IMG/VR virus record: IMGVR_UViG_3300042451_001437
Origin: an uncultured virus (IMG/VR IMGVR_UViG_3300042451_001437)
Taxonomy: Duplodnaviria; Heunggongvirae; Uroviricota; Caudoviricetes
Strand: one strand, 5' to 3'
Length of the DNA stretch: 64,000 bases
Shown: piece after piece, positions 39,461 through 49,195 of the stretch
Layout of the letters: each line of letters begins with the position of its first letter
How positions within the stretch are numbered: position 1 is the first letter of the stretch
Notes under the pieces: generated by a model
Databases searched by the model: none
What the model was told of the DNA's origin: nothing
The model's input: only the letters and a program-made list of their open reading frames with translations
Position numbers and translations under genes: made by a program

Positions 39461-40277
39461 TTTAACCGTTATAATCCCAGTTCACTCGGTTAGTGATATT
39501 GGAAACCAAAAATTTGACGATCTTTTTGACATCGCACTATCGTCAATTAGTAGAAATGACATTAAACCAGAAAAGGTTTTAATCGTTAGATGCAATTGTA
39601 TTGAAGTTGATGCTAAATTATCATCAATGGATTTATCAAAATACGACTTAAACATTGAAATTATTGCTAATGATGGTGATACTGATTACCAAAGTCAAAT
39701 AAACTTTGCGGCTCAGAATGTTGAGACTGAATACATGTCAATTTTGGAGTTTGATGATGAAGTATCAAAAACTTGGTACAAGAACGTTGAGCAGCATATC
39801 CAGGCTTACCCAGAGGTAGATATGTTCCTTCCGATAATTAATGACGTATCTGAGGATAATAAATTTATCGGTCTTTCAAACGAAGCTGTATGGGCCTATA
39901 ATTTTACAGAAACTATGGGTAACATAGATTTGGAATCTTTGTTGGAATACCCAAACATTAGCCCTTGTGGTATGGTAATTAAAACAGCCGTATTTAATGA
40001 AATTAAAGGTTTAAAACAAATCAAGTTAACATTTAATTATGAATTCTTATTACGTTTCCACAAAAACGGTTACAAGTCAATGGTAATCCCAAAAATTGGG
40101 TACAAACACGTGAATATGAGACAGGAATCATTATTCTGGTTATACAAAAATAGTGAAGCTGTTGAGTATAAGATGGAACCTAAACAAGCTTTATTTTGGA
40201 TGGAAACAGCGAAGAAAGAATATTTGTTTAACGATGATAGGAATATAATATATGAGGAAAATGAAGTTAGTGAGTAA
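39447..40277 (+). CDS. GT2-like glycosyltransferase
   Basis: LTVIIPVH N-terminus, SILEFDDE, YEFLLR...VIPKIGYKH. Confidence 0.7.
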   Translation: MNKTNLTVIIPVHSVSDIGNQKFDDLFDIALSSISRNDIKPEKVLIVRCNCIEVDAKLSSMDLSKYDLNIEIIANDGDTDYQSQINFAAQNVETEYMSILEFDDEVSKTWYKNVEQHIQAYPEVDMFLPIINDVSEDNKFIGLSNEAVWAYNFTETMGNIDLESLLEYPNISPCGMVIKTAVFNEIKGLKQIKLTFNYEFLLRFHKNGYKSMVIPKIGYKHVNMRQESLFWLYKNSEAVEYKMEPKQALFWMETAKKEYLFNDDRNIIYEENEVSE

Positions 40278-40990
40278 TGGCAAGACAGAAAAAAGATCGC
40301 AACTATTATGGTGTAGACCAGGAAAAAGCGGTGATCATGTTTCTGGAAGCCAAAACGGTTGGTGAGCGAGAAAAAATTTATAGAGAGTACTTACAAGAAC
40401 CTATCAATACAATGATAGAAAGTATTATTAGGACTTATAAATTATATAGACAATCATACGAATTCCACGATTTACATGCAGACACGCTGTCATTCTTGAT
40501 GACAAAATTTGACAAATTTAAGCCCGAAAAAGGTAAAAGATCATTTTCATACTTTGGTACGATATGTAAAAATTACCTTTTTGGGGAAATGGTCAAAGAA
40601 TATAAAAAAAACACGTCACTGGTTGATATAGATCAATCTGAAGGTGATGTATTAAGGAGAGATGAACTACTATATCGTATTGATAATGAGGATCTTGACC
40701 TTACACTTTTTATCGAAACATTAGCCACTAACATAAAAGATGAGCTAAAATCTGATGATTTATCGGAAAACGAATTTAAGGTTGGCCATTCATTAGTAAA
40801 AATACTAGAGGAATGGCGTGAATTATTTTCCCAGGTCAGTGATGGTAAAAACTCACCCAAATTCAATAAAAACTTGATATTACTATATATTCGTAATATG
40901 ACTGGCTTAAATACGAAGGAAATCAGGAATAGTATGAAAAGATTTAAGTCTTTATATCGTATTTTTAAGGATAATTATTTAGATGGTTGA
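40277..40990 (+). CDS. Phage RNA polymerase sigma factor (T4 gp55-like, late)
   Basis: KFDKFKPEKGKRSFSYFGTICKNYL matches sigma region 2 as in gp55 (FDPxKxxNxFxYFT). Confidence 0.72.
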   Translation: MARQKKDRNYYGVDQEKAVIMFLEAKTVGEREKIYREYLQEPINTMIESIIRTYKLYRQSYEFHDLHADTLSFLMTKFDKFKPEKGKRSFSYFGTICKNYLFGEMVKEYKKNTSLVDIDQSEGDVLRRDELLYRIDNEDLDLTLFIETLATNIKDELKSDDLSENEFKVGHSLVKILEEWRELFSQVSDGKNSPKFNKNLILLYIRNMTGLNTKEIRNSMKRFKSLYRIFKDNYLDG

Positions 40991-41014
40991 TATTTATATT
41001 AAATAACATTTACT

Positions 41015-41401
41015 ATGGTACCAAAAAAGAAAAAAGTTGACGTTTCAGAGGATAGTATGAAAGAACTCATGCAAGAAACTTATAATGAAATTGTTGATGA
41101 AAGAAATAGGGCTTTAACAGCCTATAAAAAATTTACAAAAGATATTAATGAAAATTCTGATATCGCTTTGGTTGGTAAGATTACAAATGACTTATTAAAA
41201 ATAATAGATTCATCTATCGAAAAAAAACTAAGGTTAATAAAAATTCAAGGTGACATTCTTTATAAGTCTGGTAAACCGTCTGATTCCGCTAGTATTGGTA
41301 ATATGACAATTACCGATGAAGATAGAAAATGGGCTGAAGATTTTATTAAAAAACAAGCTACCTCAAGTGAATCGGATACGAATGAAAAAGAGTATGAATA
41401 A
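41015..41401 (+). CDS. Hypothetical helical late protein (possible small terminase)
   Basis: 128 aa, coiled-coil-like, TATTTAT at 40991. Function is a guess. Confidence 0.55.
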   Translation: MVPKKKKVDVSEDSMKELMQETYNEIVDERNRALTAYKKFTKDINENSDIALVGKITNDLLKIIDSSIEKKLRLIKIQGDILYKSGKPSDSASIGNMTITDEDRKWAEDFIKKQATSSESDTNEKEYE

Positions 41402-41403
41402 TA

Positions 41404-43308
41404 ATGGGTTCACAAAGCGAAATATTTTCAAGATATAGATCACTAGTGGTTTCTAATAATCAGAAACCATATGCTACTAATGCACAAAAAAAACTAGACA
41501 AATTAGAGTTCGTTGACTTCTTAGTTGAGTTAGTAAAATCAACCAGAGGTCAAAAAGAATTTAAAAGTTTAATACTAAAAGGTAGTTTATCTCAATTAAA
41601 AAAATTTGATGATATCAACAAGGTTATTGTTGATAACATTATTGCTTTATTTGGGTGTGACGATAATTTAGTTATACCACAAAAATACACAACTTTAGCC
41701 GCTGGGGGTATAGAAATTAATAAACAAGAGATTGATTCTTTTGGTTTATTAAATATCGACCCAGATAGTAAGACTGGTAAATTGATGTATGAAGGTAACG
41801 ACATCACCAAACACGTAAATTACTTTTTTAGTAAATCACAAAACGCTATAAGTGACGCTCCACTAGAACTTAAAAAAGGTAATAGAGTTTTATTTACTTT
41901 ATACGCAAAAGATTCATCAACATTTGTTTTTAAATTCGGTGAGTTTTATTCTAAAAAATTATTTTCAGATTTTTTAAAGGATTATTTAACCGTAGCAACA
42001 CCAGTATTTAATTTCCCCAATTTTATGGCCATATTAATGGATATATTAACTGGGGCTTTATCTGTTAAAGCTAAATTAAATAAAAAGATTATAGTAAAAC
42101 AAAGCGCCTTAATTAAAGGTTTAAAGAAAATGTTTGGGTTTTGTAATGAGGATGATACAGAAAAACCAGACTCATCAAATAAATCATTTTTAGATAAAGA
42201 ATTTAATCCAGCTGACGCTCAAAGAAATGGTGAGGATAGCGGTATTTTAAATAATGATGCGGATTTCGATAACGTGTTTAATTTTAATAAAACCGAACTT
42301 GACGATATCGAAAATACTGGTAATCTAAGGGCAAATGGGTTTTTAAGGTTCTCATCTTGTGGTAATCTTGATGTGGCTATAAACCCAGATGACATTTTAA
42401 ACTCATTAGAGGAATTGTTTAATAATAGTCAGGGTGATAAATTACTATTTCCAGGTGAAAACCCGCAAGATGTGACGCCACAAGCAAATGACTCCTTGAC
42501 CGATAATTCTAAAAAAATACCTAATCTCGATCAAGCGTCCGATGTATTGGATAAAGCCTTAAAAAACGGTATTAATGATATTGTAAATTCAGGTGAAATT
42601 AACGCAGCGATTAATTTACCTAATATTAACGCTGAAATTCAATTAAATATATTAAAAGCTATCCCTTATGCGTTAATGCAAATGATAATAACACCAAAAT
42701 TAATGATGGTCCCTAAATTGTTTTTAGTGTTAAAGGGTGATGATAGTAAAAAATCACCAGAAGAAATGATTTCTTTTGTAAGACCATTGATTAAAAAAAT
42801 TGGTAGTTTTATAACGGATTTATTGGTTAAAAATATATTTAACTTAATAAAAAAAGATTTAATTGGTTTGGCTAAAAAAATAAGTGCTGATTTCTTAAAA
42901 CAAAGAGGTCTTGATTACATATCATCATTAAAAAGTTTATTAGCTCTTTTAAAGGCTTTAAAAGGTTTCAAAGTGGGTGGCTGCCAATCAATAATAGAAC
43001 AAATACTTCGCTTATTAAAATTATTGAATGTAACACCTATGCCACTTATACCACCACCATTAGTTTTATTGGGTGGTGCCTTAAAACCAGGGTTAAACCA
43101 CGTATCAATGATAAATGATCTTAAATCTAATTTAAGTGAAAAGGGTATTGAGACAGCTGCAACATTCCCAGACGGGACACCAAATCATCTTATGATCGCT
43201 TTGGAAGAAACGATGAAAGTTATGGTTTCAAGCATAAAAACAAACGCAAAGGTTGAGGTAACAACAACAGGAGTTGGTCTTACAACAGGCTTTGGACAAA
43301 TACAGTAA
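41404..43308 (+). CDS. Hypothetical (probably baseplate-associated) protein
   Basis: 634-aa ORF in the late operon upstream of the spike gene. Confidence 0.7.
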   Translation: MGSQSEIFSRYRSLVVSNNQKPYATNAQKKLDKLEFVDFLVELVKSTRGQKEFKSLILKGSLSQLKKFDDINKVIVDNIIALFGCDDNLVIPQKYTTLAAGGIEINKQEIDSFGLLNIDPDSKTGKLMYEGNDITKHVNYFFSKSQNAISDAPLELKKGNRVLFTLYAKDSSTFVFKFGEFYSKKLFSDFLKDYLTVATPVFNFPNFMAILMDILTGALSVKAKLNKKIIVKQSALIKGLKKMFGFCNEDDTEKPDSSNKSFLDKEFNPADAQRNGEDSGILNNDADFDNVFNFNKTELDDIENTGNLRANGFLRFSSCGNLDVAINPDDILNSLEELFNNSQGDKLLFPGENPQDVTPQANDSLTDNSKKIPNLDQASDVLDKALKNGINDIVNSGEINAAINLPNINAEIQLNILKAIPYALMQMIITPKLMMVPKLFLVLKGDDSKKSPEEMISFVRPLIKKIGSFITDLLVKNIFNLIKKDLIGLAKKISADFLKQRGLDYISSLKSLLALLKALKGFKVGGCQSIIEQILRLLKLLNVTPMPLIPPPLVLLGGALKPGLNHVSMINDLKSNLSEKGIETAATFPDGTPNHLMIALEETMKVMVSSIKTNAKVEVTTTGVGLTTGFGQIQ

Positions 43309-43310
43309 AT

Positions 43311-43529
43311 ATGAATAACCCAAAATTAAAAGAAATTTTTGAAAACGTTGAGAAAAAATCTAATAAAGATTTAGCAAGATTATTAGTTGCTTTAAAAAAT
43401 GATTTTGAAGATGTTAAAGAAACTGCTCTAAGGTTAACAGCTACAATGGAAGAGGTTGAAATGACCTACGATAAAGTTTATAATGAATTAAAAGAAAGGT
43501 TAAAATTCGAAGATAAAAATGAAGGCTGA
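43311..43529 (+). CDS. Small coiled-coil protein
   Basis: 72-aa ORF, heptad-rich. Confidence 0.65.
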   Translation: MNNPKLKEIFENVEKKSNKDLARLLVALKNDFEDVKETALRLTATMEEVEMTYDKVYNELKERLKFEDKNEG

Positions 43530-45192
43530 ATTTAGTTTAGGTATTTGTTTCAACAATGGTGATCCGTTAAACCACGGAAGAATTCTCGTTGCCCCATATG
43601 AAGAATATAAAGGACATGTTTCTTATGTTTCAATTGAAAACGCCATTGATCGAATCAATATCAGTTCTACTAAATATGAAAAATGGTCTGATAGGGGTAT
43701 ATCCAACACTAAAACTAGTGACCCGTATGTTGCAACACCATTTTTACCTAATCAATTATCGATAATACCAAAACCTGGCCAAGTTGTTAGATTAATTAAA
43801 TTTGATGATGGTTCGATAAATTATATTGGGCCAATAACACAAAACCCTCTAACATTAAACACAACATATTTTGAGGAAAATAGTAGAAGAAAATTTCCAG
43901 TATCTGATGATATATCAAATAGCATCAATGATGCGGTTTTTTCTGGTTATAATAATGAACAAGTTTCGCTTGGTAACGATAGGATCTTACTAAGATTAGA
44001 TCACCTATCTAACAGAACCAGAAAAAAAACATACCCAATATTCCAATTATCTAAATTTACAAAAACAATAAATTATGCGGTTAAAGATGTTACTGAAACT
44101 GTTAAACCAGATGTTTTTTTAGACTATATTATTGAAATAACTTTTGACTACAGTAGAAAAGAAAATTTTGAAAGTAAAAATATCGTGTGTAGTGTAAATC
44201 TATATAACACTTTAGAGGTTGTAACTACTAAACAAAGCAACCAATCTAATGTTGTTAAAGGTTTAATGAAGAAAGATTATAGCAGGTTCCAAGATTACAC
44301 ATCTGGTGCAAACTATAACCAATATACTGTTAACCATACCTTAGAGTTTAATGATGTTGAATCAATGGACAAAGCTATTGAAGAAATTATATCATCATAT
44401 AGGACCAAAAAAATTAAATACTATAATCCACAATTAATAGGTACCCAAAAAATTGAAACACAGTTTAATACGATTACATTAAGCAATAGGATACCTTTTA
44501 GGGCCAATAATGCTGGTGCTAACCACGACACACCAGATGAAGTTGCTGATTTAAAAAACTTTGTTGTTAGGATAAACCCAAATAGTAGGGATTTATACAC
44601 AAAACCTAGTGCTGATTTACAAAACAAACTCAATATACCAGCAACGCAACCAACTGATAACACAACACTTAACTATATTAGGTTTACTGAATTTAATAAA
44701 TTCATAACTAAAATTAAAAAATATAATAACGAAAGATTTTTAGGTGACCAAGAATTACAATCACCTGTTACAACAACAAGTAAAAAAACTCAAGAGAGTT
44801 TAACTGATAAAGAAGTTACTGTAAACGTTAATTACGCTGATAAATTTTTATTTTTAAGTAGTATTAACTCAAGAGACTACCTAGAAAATGCTAGAGAAGG
44901 TATGAGTAATGAAACTATTTCAAAATTTTTATCAAATTTATCTGTGGATGATTCGGGTAGAACTTACCAAACTTACGGGTTTGTTAGGGGTGAAAAAATT
45001 CTTGAACTTTTAGATCAAATTTTAGCTGTTTTCTTATCCCACGGGCATTCCATCGGACAATCTGAAGGGTCTTTAAGTAATAATGCCGTTGAATTAATTA
45101 AAAATTTAAGAGGTGATATTGCGCAAGAAATAAACGGAAACACAACAAATTCAACAACAAAGATAATTAACCATAACTTACGTCTTAATTAA
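43519..45192 (+). CDS. Baseplate central spike (gp5/gpV-like)
   Basis: N-terminal OB-fold pattern NNGDPLNHGRILV...PFLP...IPKPGQVVRL; C-terminal VRGEKILELL...HGH metal-binding HxH tip. Confidence 0.65.
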   Translation: MKAEFSLGICFNNGDPLNHGRILVAPYEEYKGHVSYVSIENAIDRINISSTKYEKWSDRGISNTKTSDPYVATPFLPNQLSIIPKPGQVVRLIKFDDGSINYIGPITQNPLTLNTTYFEENSRRKFPVSDDISNSINDAVFSGYNNEQVSLGNDRILLRLDHLSNRTRKKTYPIFQLSKFTKTINYAVKDVTETVKPDVFLDYIIEITFDYSRKENFESKNIVCSVNLYNTLEVVTTKQSNQSNVVKGLMKKDYSRFQDYTSGANYNQYTVNHTLEFNDVESMDKAIEEIISSYRTKKIKYYNPQLIGTQKIETQFNTITLSNRIPFRANNAGANHDTPDEVADLKNFVVRINPNSRDLYTKPSADLQNKLNIPATQPTDNTTLNYIRFTEFNKFITKIKKYNNERFLGDQELQSPVTTTSKKTQESLTDKEVTVNVNYADKFLFLSSINSRDYLENAREGMSNETISKFLSNLSVDDSGRTYQTYGFVRGEKILELLDQILAVFLSHGHSIGQSEGSLSNNAVELIKNLRGDIAQEINGNTTNSTTKIINHNLRLN

Positions 45193-45205
45193 AATATTTA
45201 TTACT

Positions 45206-46582
45206 ATGGGTATATACAGAACATATTTTGATAAAAACAACACAATCGTTAAAGATAGTGATGTTAATACTGGCAGAAATCAAGTGTCAGAGCTATATTT
45301 TGGTAATCTCATCAGTAGGTTTTTGTTTTATTGCTCATTTGATGAAATCAGAAATCTTGTCGATTCTGGTGTTATCAATTTAAACGGAAACGTAAGACAT
45401 ATATTAACTATTAAGAATACTAGTAGTTTTGATATTAAGGATATATTAACTATAGATAATAATTTAAGATTCGGTGATTACTATAGACCAACATCTTTTG
45501 ATGTTGAGTTACATGGTGTTAACCAACTTTGGGACGAGGGTAATGGGTATGATTTTGTCACTGGTATAAGAACTTTCCCACAAAACATTGAGTATGTTTT
45601 AGGGCCATCAAATTGGACTAAAGCTACAAATACGACTAATTTTACCACATCTGGTGTTGTACCTAACGGAGCTACACCAATAGCAACTCAACATCTGGAT
45701 TTAGGTAATGAGGATATTAAAATGGATATAACAAACTTTGTTAATTCAATTATAAGCGGAGCTACAAGTGGTACAACCTATAACGGTTTCTGCTTAAAGT
45801 ATTCAGATGCTATTGAAGCTTTAACATTCCCTGATAATAGAACTTGCGCTCTTGGTTTATTCACAAGACACACACAAACATTTTTTGAACCGTACATTGA
45901 GACAATATATGATGATCATATTGACGATGAAAGAGTTACATTCTATTTAGGTAAAGAAAATAAATTGTTTTTTTATTCGGTTATCAACGGTAAACTAGAG
46001 AATCTAGACCAATTACCTACTTGTACTATTAACGGTACAACATATACAGTTAACCAAAAAACAAAAGGTGTTTATTACGTGACTGTTGATGGTGATGAGT
46101 CAACCTTTGTTAGTTACACAGAATATAACGACATTTGGAGTGACATTATTTATAATGGGAATGCTAGACCTAACGTTAAATTAAGATTTGTCCCAATTGA
46201 CGCTGATAAGTACTATAACTTTAATATAGATGCTTTGGATGATACCAGATATGGTTTATCTTTGAGTGGTATAAAAGTTGGTGAGGGTTTACAACAAGGT
46301 GAGCAAAGAAAAGTTAATATCCTTTTAAGAAAACCTTATACTGTTTCAGAATACTACGTTAGTAATAGTGTTTACTACAAGTTATATGTTAAACAAGGCC
46401 CAGCTGTTATTGATATTTTTGATTGGCAGTTGGCAAATAAAGCGTTAAATAATAATTATTTCACAATTGATACAACCTGGTTGGTACCACAAAGATATTT
46501 TGTTGACATTAAAATTGAAACAAACGGTGAGGTAACGTTACACAGTAACGAATTACATTTTGACGTTGTGAATAAAGCTTAA
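45206..46582 (+). CDS. Virion structural protein (beta-rich)
   Basis: 458 aa; YFDKNNTI, WDEGNGYD, MDITNFV; late motif at 45195. Confidence 0.65.
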   Translation: MGIYRTYFDKNNTIVKDSDVNTGRNQVSELYFGNLISRFLFYCSFDEIRNLVDSGVINLNGNVRHILTIKNTSSFDIKDILTIDNNLRFGDYYRPTSFDVELHGVNQLWDEGNGYDFVTGIRTFPQNIEYVLGPSNWTKATNTTNFTTSGVVPNGATPIATQHLDLGNEDIKMDITNFVNSIISGATSGTTYNGFCLKYSDAIEALTFPDNRTCALGLFTRHTQTFFEPYIETIYDDHIDDERVTFYLGKENKLFFYSVINGKLENLDQLPTCTINGTTYTVNQKTKGVYYVTVDGDESTFVSYTEYNDIWSDIIYNGNARPNVKLRFVPIDADKYYNFNIDALDDTRYGLSLSGIKVGEGLQQGEQRKVNILLRKPYTVSEYYVSNSVYYKLYVKQGPAVIDIFDWQLANKALNNNYFTIDTTWLVPQRYFVDIKIETNGEVTLHSNELHFDVVNKA

Positions 46583-46585
46583 GAT

Positions 46586-46990
46586 ATGTATTTAATTTAT
46601 ATAAACCCACTTAATAAAAATTTTAAAGGTCAGTACACCTACGAGTTTATCTTTACAAAACGTTTGGATAACGTTGAGTATGGTGATGACTGGGATGTCC
46701 AACCAGCGTCAAGCGGATCACCAACACCACCAAATGTTAAACAAATCGAATCAATTGGTATGTTAAAATCAGACGATATTGAATTAGATCTTGCAATGAA
46801 CTCAGATACATTTTCAATGTATGACTGTGTTGAAGGTATTATTGCACTTGGTTGGGAATCAGAATCACCTGAAATTGATGATAGATTAGTGTTCAGATAT
46901 GGGGAAACCATTGAATCAATAAAAGAAAAAATATACAGTAGAGATAAACTACTAACAATAATAAATAAAGAAGAAATAGATAAATTCTAA
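46586..46990 (+). CDS. Hypothetical protein
   Basis: 134-aa ORF in operon. Confidence 0.7.
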   Translation: MYLIYINPLNKNFKGQYTYEFIFTKRLDNVEYGDDWDVQPASSGSPTPPNVKQIESIGMLKSDDIELDLAMNSDTFSMYDCVEGIIALGWESESPEIDDRLVFRYGETIESIKEKIYSRDKLLTIINKEEIDKF

Positions 46991-47826
46991 TGGAAAACAT
47001 GGAAACAAATAACAATGATGATGTAATGGGTAAAGCAGCTGCCTCAGCAATTGAAAACCCAGAGGGTATGGTGCAAAGTTTAGATAATTTAAAAAACACA
47101 TTACAACAACTTGCGGATAAAGCAAAAGAAGTAAAAGCTACTGCTGGTGTAGAAGAAACTGGTGGTCAGGTTAAAGAAGATTCAGCAAAATCTTGGACTA
47201 TGGAAGATACTATTGACGAGTTGATGTCTAAAATTGTGATGGGTCATACTTATTACGATGAACCATGGAATGAGAGAAACAGACCAAAACTTAGCGGTGC
47301 TAGGTATAATATTAATGATGAATCTGGTGATACCGTTAAAGCAAATGCATCTGAAGACGATGTTATTGAGTACGCTAATACTGTTTATCACTATGATATG
47401 GCTGACAATGAAGCTGAAGAATTTAAAACCTTCCAAGACGCTAAAAACGCCTTAGAAAATGAGGGTAATTTTATGGTTATTAATGTTGATGACACAAAAC
47501 AGATGAGTTTATTCCCATCTGAAAAGAAACAACCTGAAGAAAAACCAAATACTGTCATAAGTAAAATGGATGATTCAGAATACCAAAGACTACTTAGTAT
47601 GATTAACAACCCTTTTGTTCGTAACAAGATTGATGCTACGGTACAAATGTTAAGGGTTAATAAACAAAAAGAAGCGTATAGTCAATTAAGAAATTTATTG
47701 GATTCACTAAAAGAATCTAAAGAAAATTTGGTTGGTTCAGAAACATTTCGTATTATTGCAGAGTCAGAAAAACCAAAATTGACGAAATCGGATATTTTGG
47801 AATTTGTTAAACAACGCAAAAAATAA
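46990..47826 (+). CDS. Hypothetical acidic protein
   Basis: 278-aa ORF coupled to the previous stop. Confidence 0.72.
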   Translation: MENMETNNNDDVMGKAAASAIENPEGMVQSLDNLKNTLQQLADKAKEVKATAGVEETGGQVKEDSAKSWTMEDTIDELMSKIVMGHTYYDEPWNERNRPKLSGARYNINDESGDTVKANASEDDVIEYANTVYHYDMADNEAEEFKTFQDAKNALENEGNFMVINVDDTKQMSLFPSEKKQPEEKPNTVISKMDDSEYQRLLSMINNPFVRNKIDATVQMLRVNKQKEAYSQLRNLLDSLKESKENLVGSETFRIIAESEKPKLTKSDILEFVKQRKK

Positions 47827-47835
47827 ATTTTAAAT

Positions 47836-47964
47836 ATGAAAAATAACCAACTAAGCCCAACTGAAAATCCAGTTGAAACTCCTGTAAAGACACCTAGTCC
47901 AGTTAAGGATCCATCAAAAATTGATATCCCCAAACCAAAGGCTGATCCAAAACCAAAAGCATAA
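47836..47964 (+). CDS. 42-aa proline/lysine-rich peptide (not in ORF track)
   Basis: MKNNQLSPTENPVETPVKTPSPVKDPSKIDIPKPKADPKPKA; fills the gap and has an A-rich leader. Confidence 0.55.
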   Translation: MKNNQLSPTENPVETPVKTPSPVKDPSKIDIPKPKADPKPKA

Positions 47965-47967
47965 AAA

Positions 47968-47999
47968 TTTGGTTGTTTAAAAACTTTTACCTATATTTG
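47968..47999 (+). promoter_or_regulatory. Bacteroidetes sigma-A type promoter
   Basis: TTTG (47968), a 20-nt spacer, then TATATTTG (47992-47999). Confidence 0.65.
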
Positions 48000-48030
48000 C
48001 CTTGTTAATTATAAACAAGGCATTTTTTTT
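47998..48030 (+). terminator. Intrinsic terminator abutting next start codon
   Basis: TGCCTTGT-taattataa-ACAAGGCA plus T8, immediately followed by ATG 48031. Confidence 0.7.
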
Positions 48031-49167
48031 ATGAGAAAATCAGGACTACAATTGGGTGATTACCCAAACTACATCGCTAAATCAACAGTTGATAAACTAT
48101 CTAAGCGAACCCATCCATTGGCTAAAATGCCATACTACGATCAATCTACTCACCCAGAAACTTGGAGAGAGGAGATTATAGCATCTGACCGTTATAAAGA
48201 ATTGGTTGATTCTTATTGTAACACATTTGGTATGGATAAATCCCAATTAAATCCGATGGAAGTTATGATTTCCGCTAGTTCTGCTAATTATATTGCAGTT
48301 AATAAAGAAAGTGGTAAAAGACCAAGACTTTGTTCATTGGCTGAAAAAATTATCAGAGAAGAATGGTTCCTTGGTAAGGATGAGGTTATTTTTGATCTTG
48401 AAATATTAGAACCAGGTAACATTAAATTACCTGAAAATATGAGTATGGAATCACCTTTAACCGAGGAAGAAAAGGAAGAACTTGAAAATGAAATGGAAGA
48501 TGAGATTGTAAAGAGAAGGACAATTAATGCACTTGCGCAAGGTGCCTCATTAAGGGGTCATTACCTATTCCATTTATACCGTACTGAAATTGAAGAAATT
48601 GTACCAGATATAACAAGTTATTATCAAAAAGCGTTAATTGCTAATGACTTATTTTATTATTTGATTAGTGATGAGATGTTTCAACAACAAATTGAGAGCG
48701 ATGATTCTAATAACGCAGGTTACGTTAAGCTTGACTTTAGCGGAGAAACACCTAAAATTATAGCAAAAGCGATTAATTTACCGATATTAATCCATGAAAT
48801 GATAAAAGGTATTATTTCTCTACTATCTGTAGCTGGTTTACCAGAAAAAGATGCGGATAAAGTGATTGATTATGCTGATACTATCATTGCTGAGTTATGG
48901 GATATTCGTTTATTTCCTATTATATGGGGTAATTTTCACGCTTTAATTGATGAGGAAGATTATGACATTAAGAAGTTAATCTTAATGGATCTCTTTAAAA
49001 GAGATGCTGAGGATTTTATTAATTTCATGTCATTGTTGGAACATCGACCTGATTACGCAAAAAAAGAGATAAAAGACATCGTCAAAGAAAAACGAATGGA
49101 AATTATGGAATATAATTTTGTTAAAGATGACCTTGACAATCTTGATTTAAGCGCTTTAGGACTATAA
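48031..49167 (+). CDS. Hypothetical protein upstream of terminase
   Basis: 378-aa ORF (KRRTINALAQGA; PILIHEMIKG). Confidence 0.78.
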   Translation: MRKSGLQLGDYPNYIAKSTVDKLSKRTHPLAKMPYYDQSTHPETWREEIIASDRYKELVDSYCNTFGMDKSQLNPMEVMISASSANYIAVNKESGKRPRLCSLAEKIIREEWFLGKDEVIFDLEILEPGNIKLPENMSMESPLTEEEKEELENEMEDEIVKRRTINALAQGASLRGHYLFHLYRTEIEEIVPDITSYYQKALIANDLFYYLISDEMFQQQIESDDSNNAGYVKLDFSGETPKIIAKAINLPILIHEMIKGIISLLSVAGLPEKDADKVIDYADTIIAELWDIRLFPIIWGNFHALIDEEDYDIKKLILMDLFKRDAEDFINFMSLLEHRPDYAKKEIKDIVKEKRMEIMEYNFVKDDLDNLDLSALGL

Positions 49168-49195
49168 TAAACTATTTATATGGAAACAATAGGCC

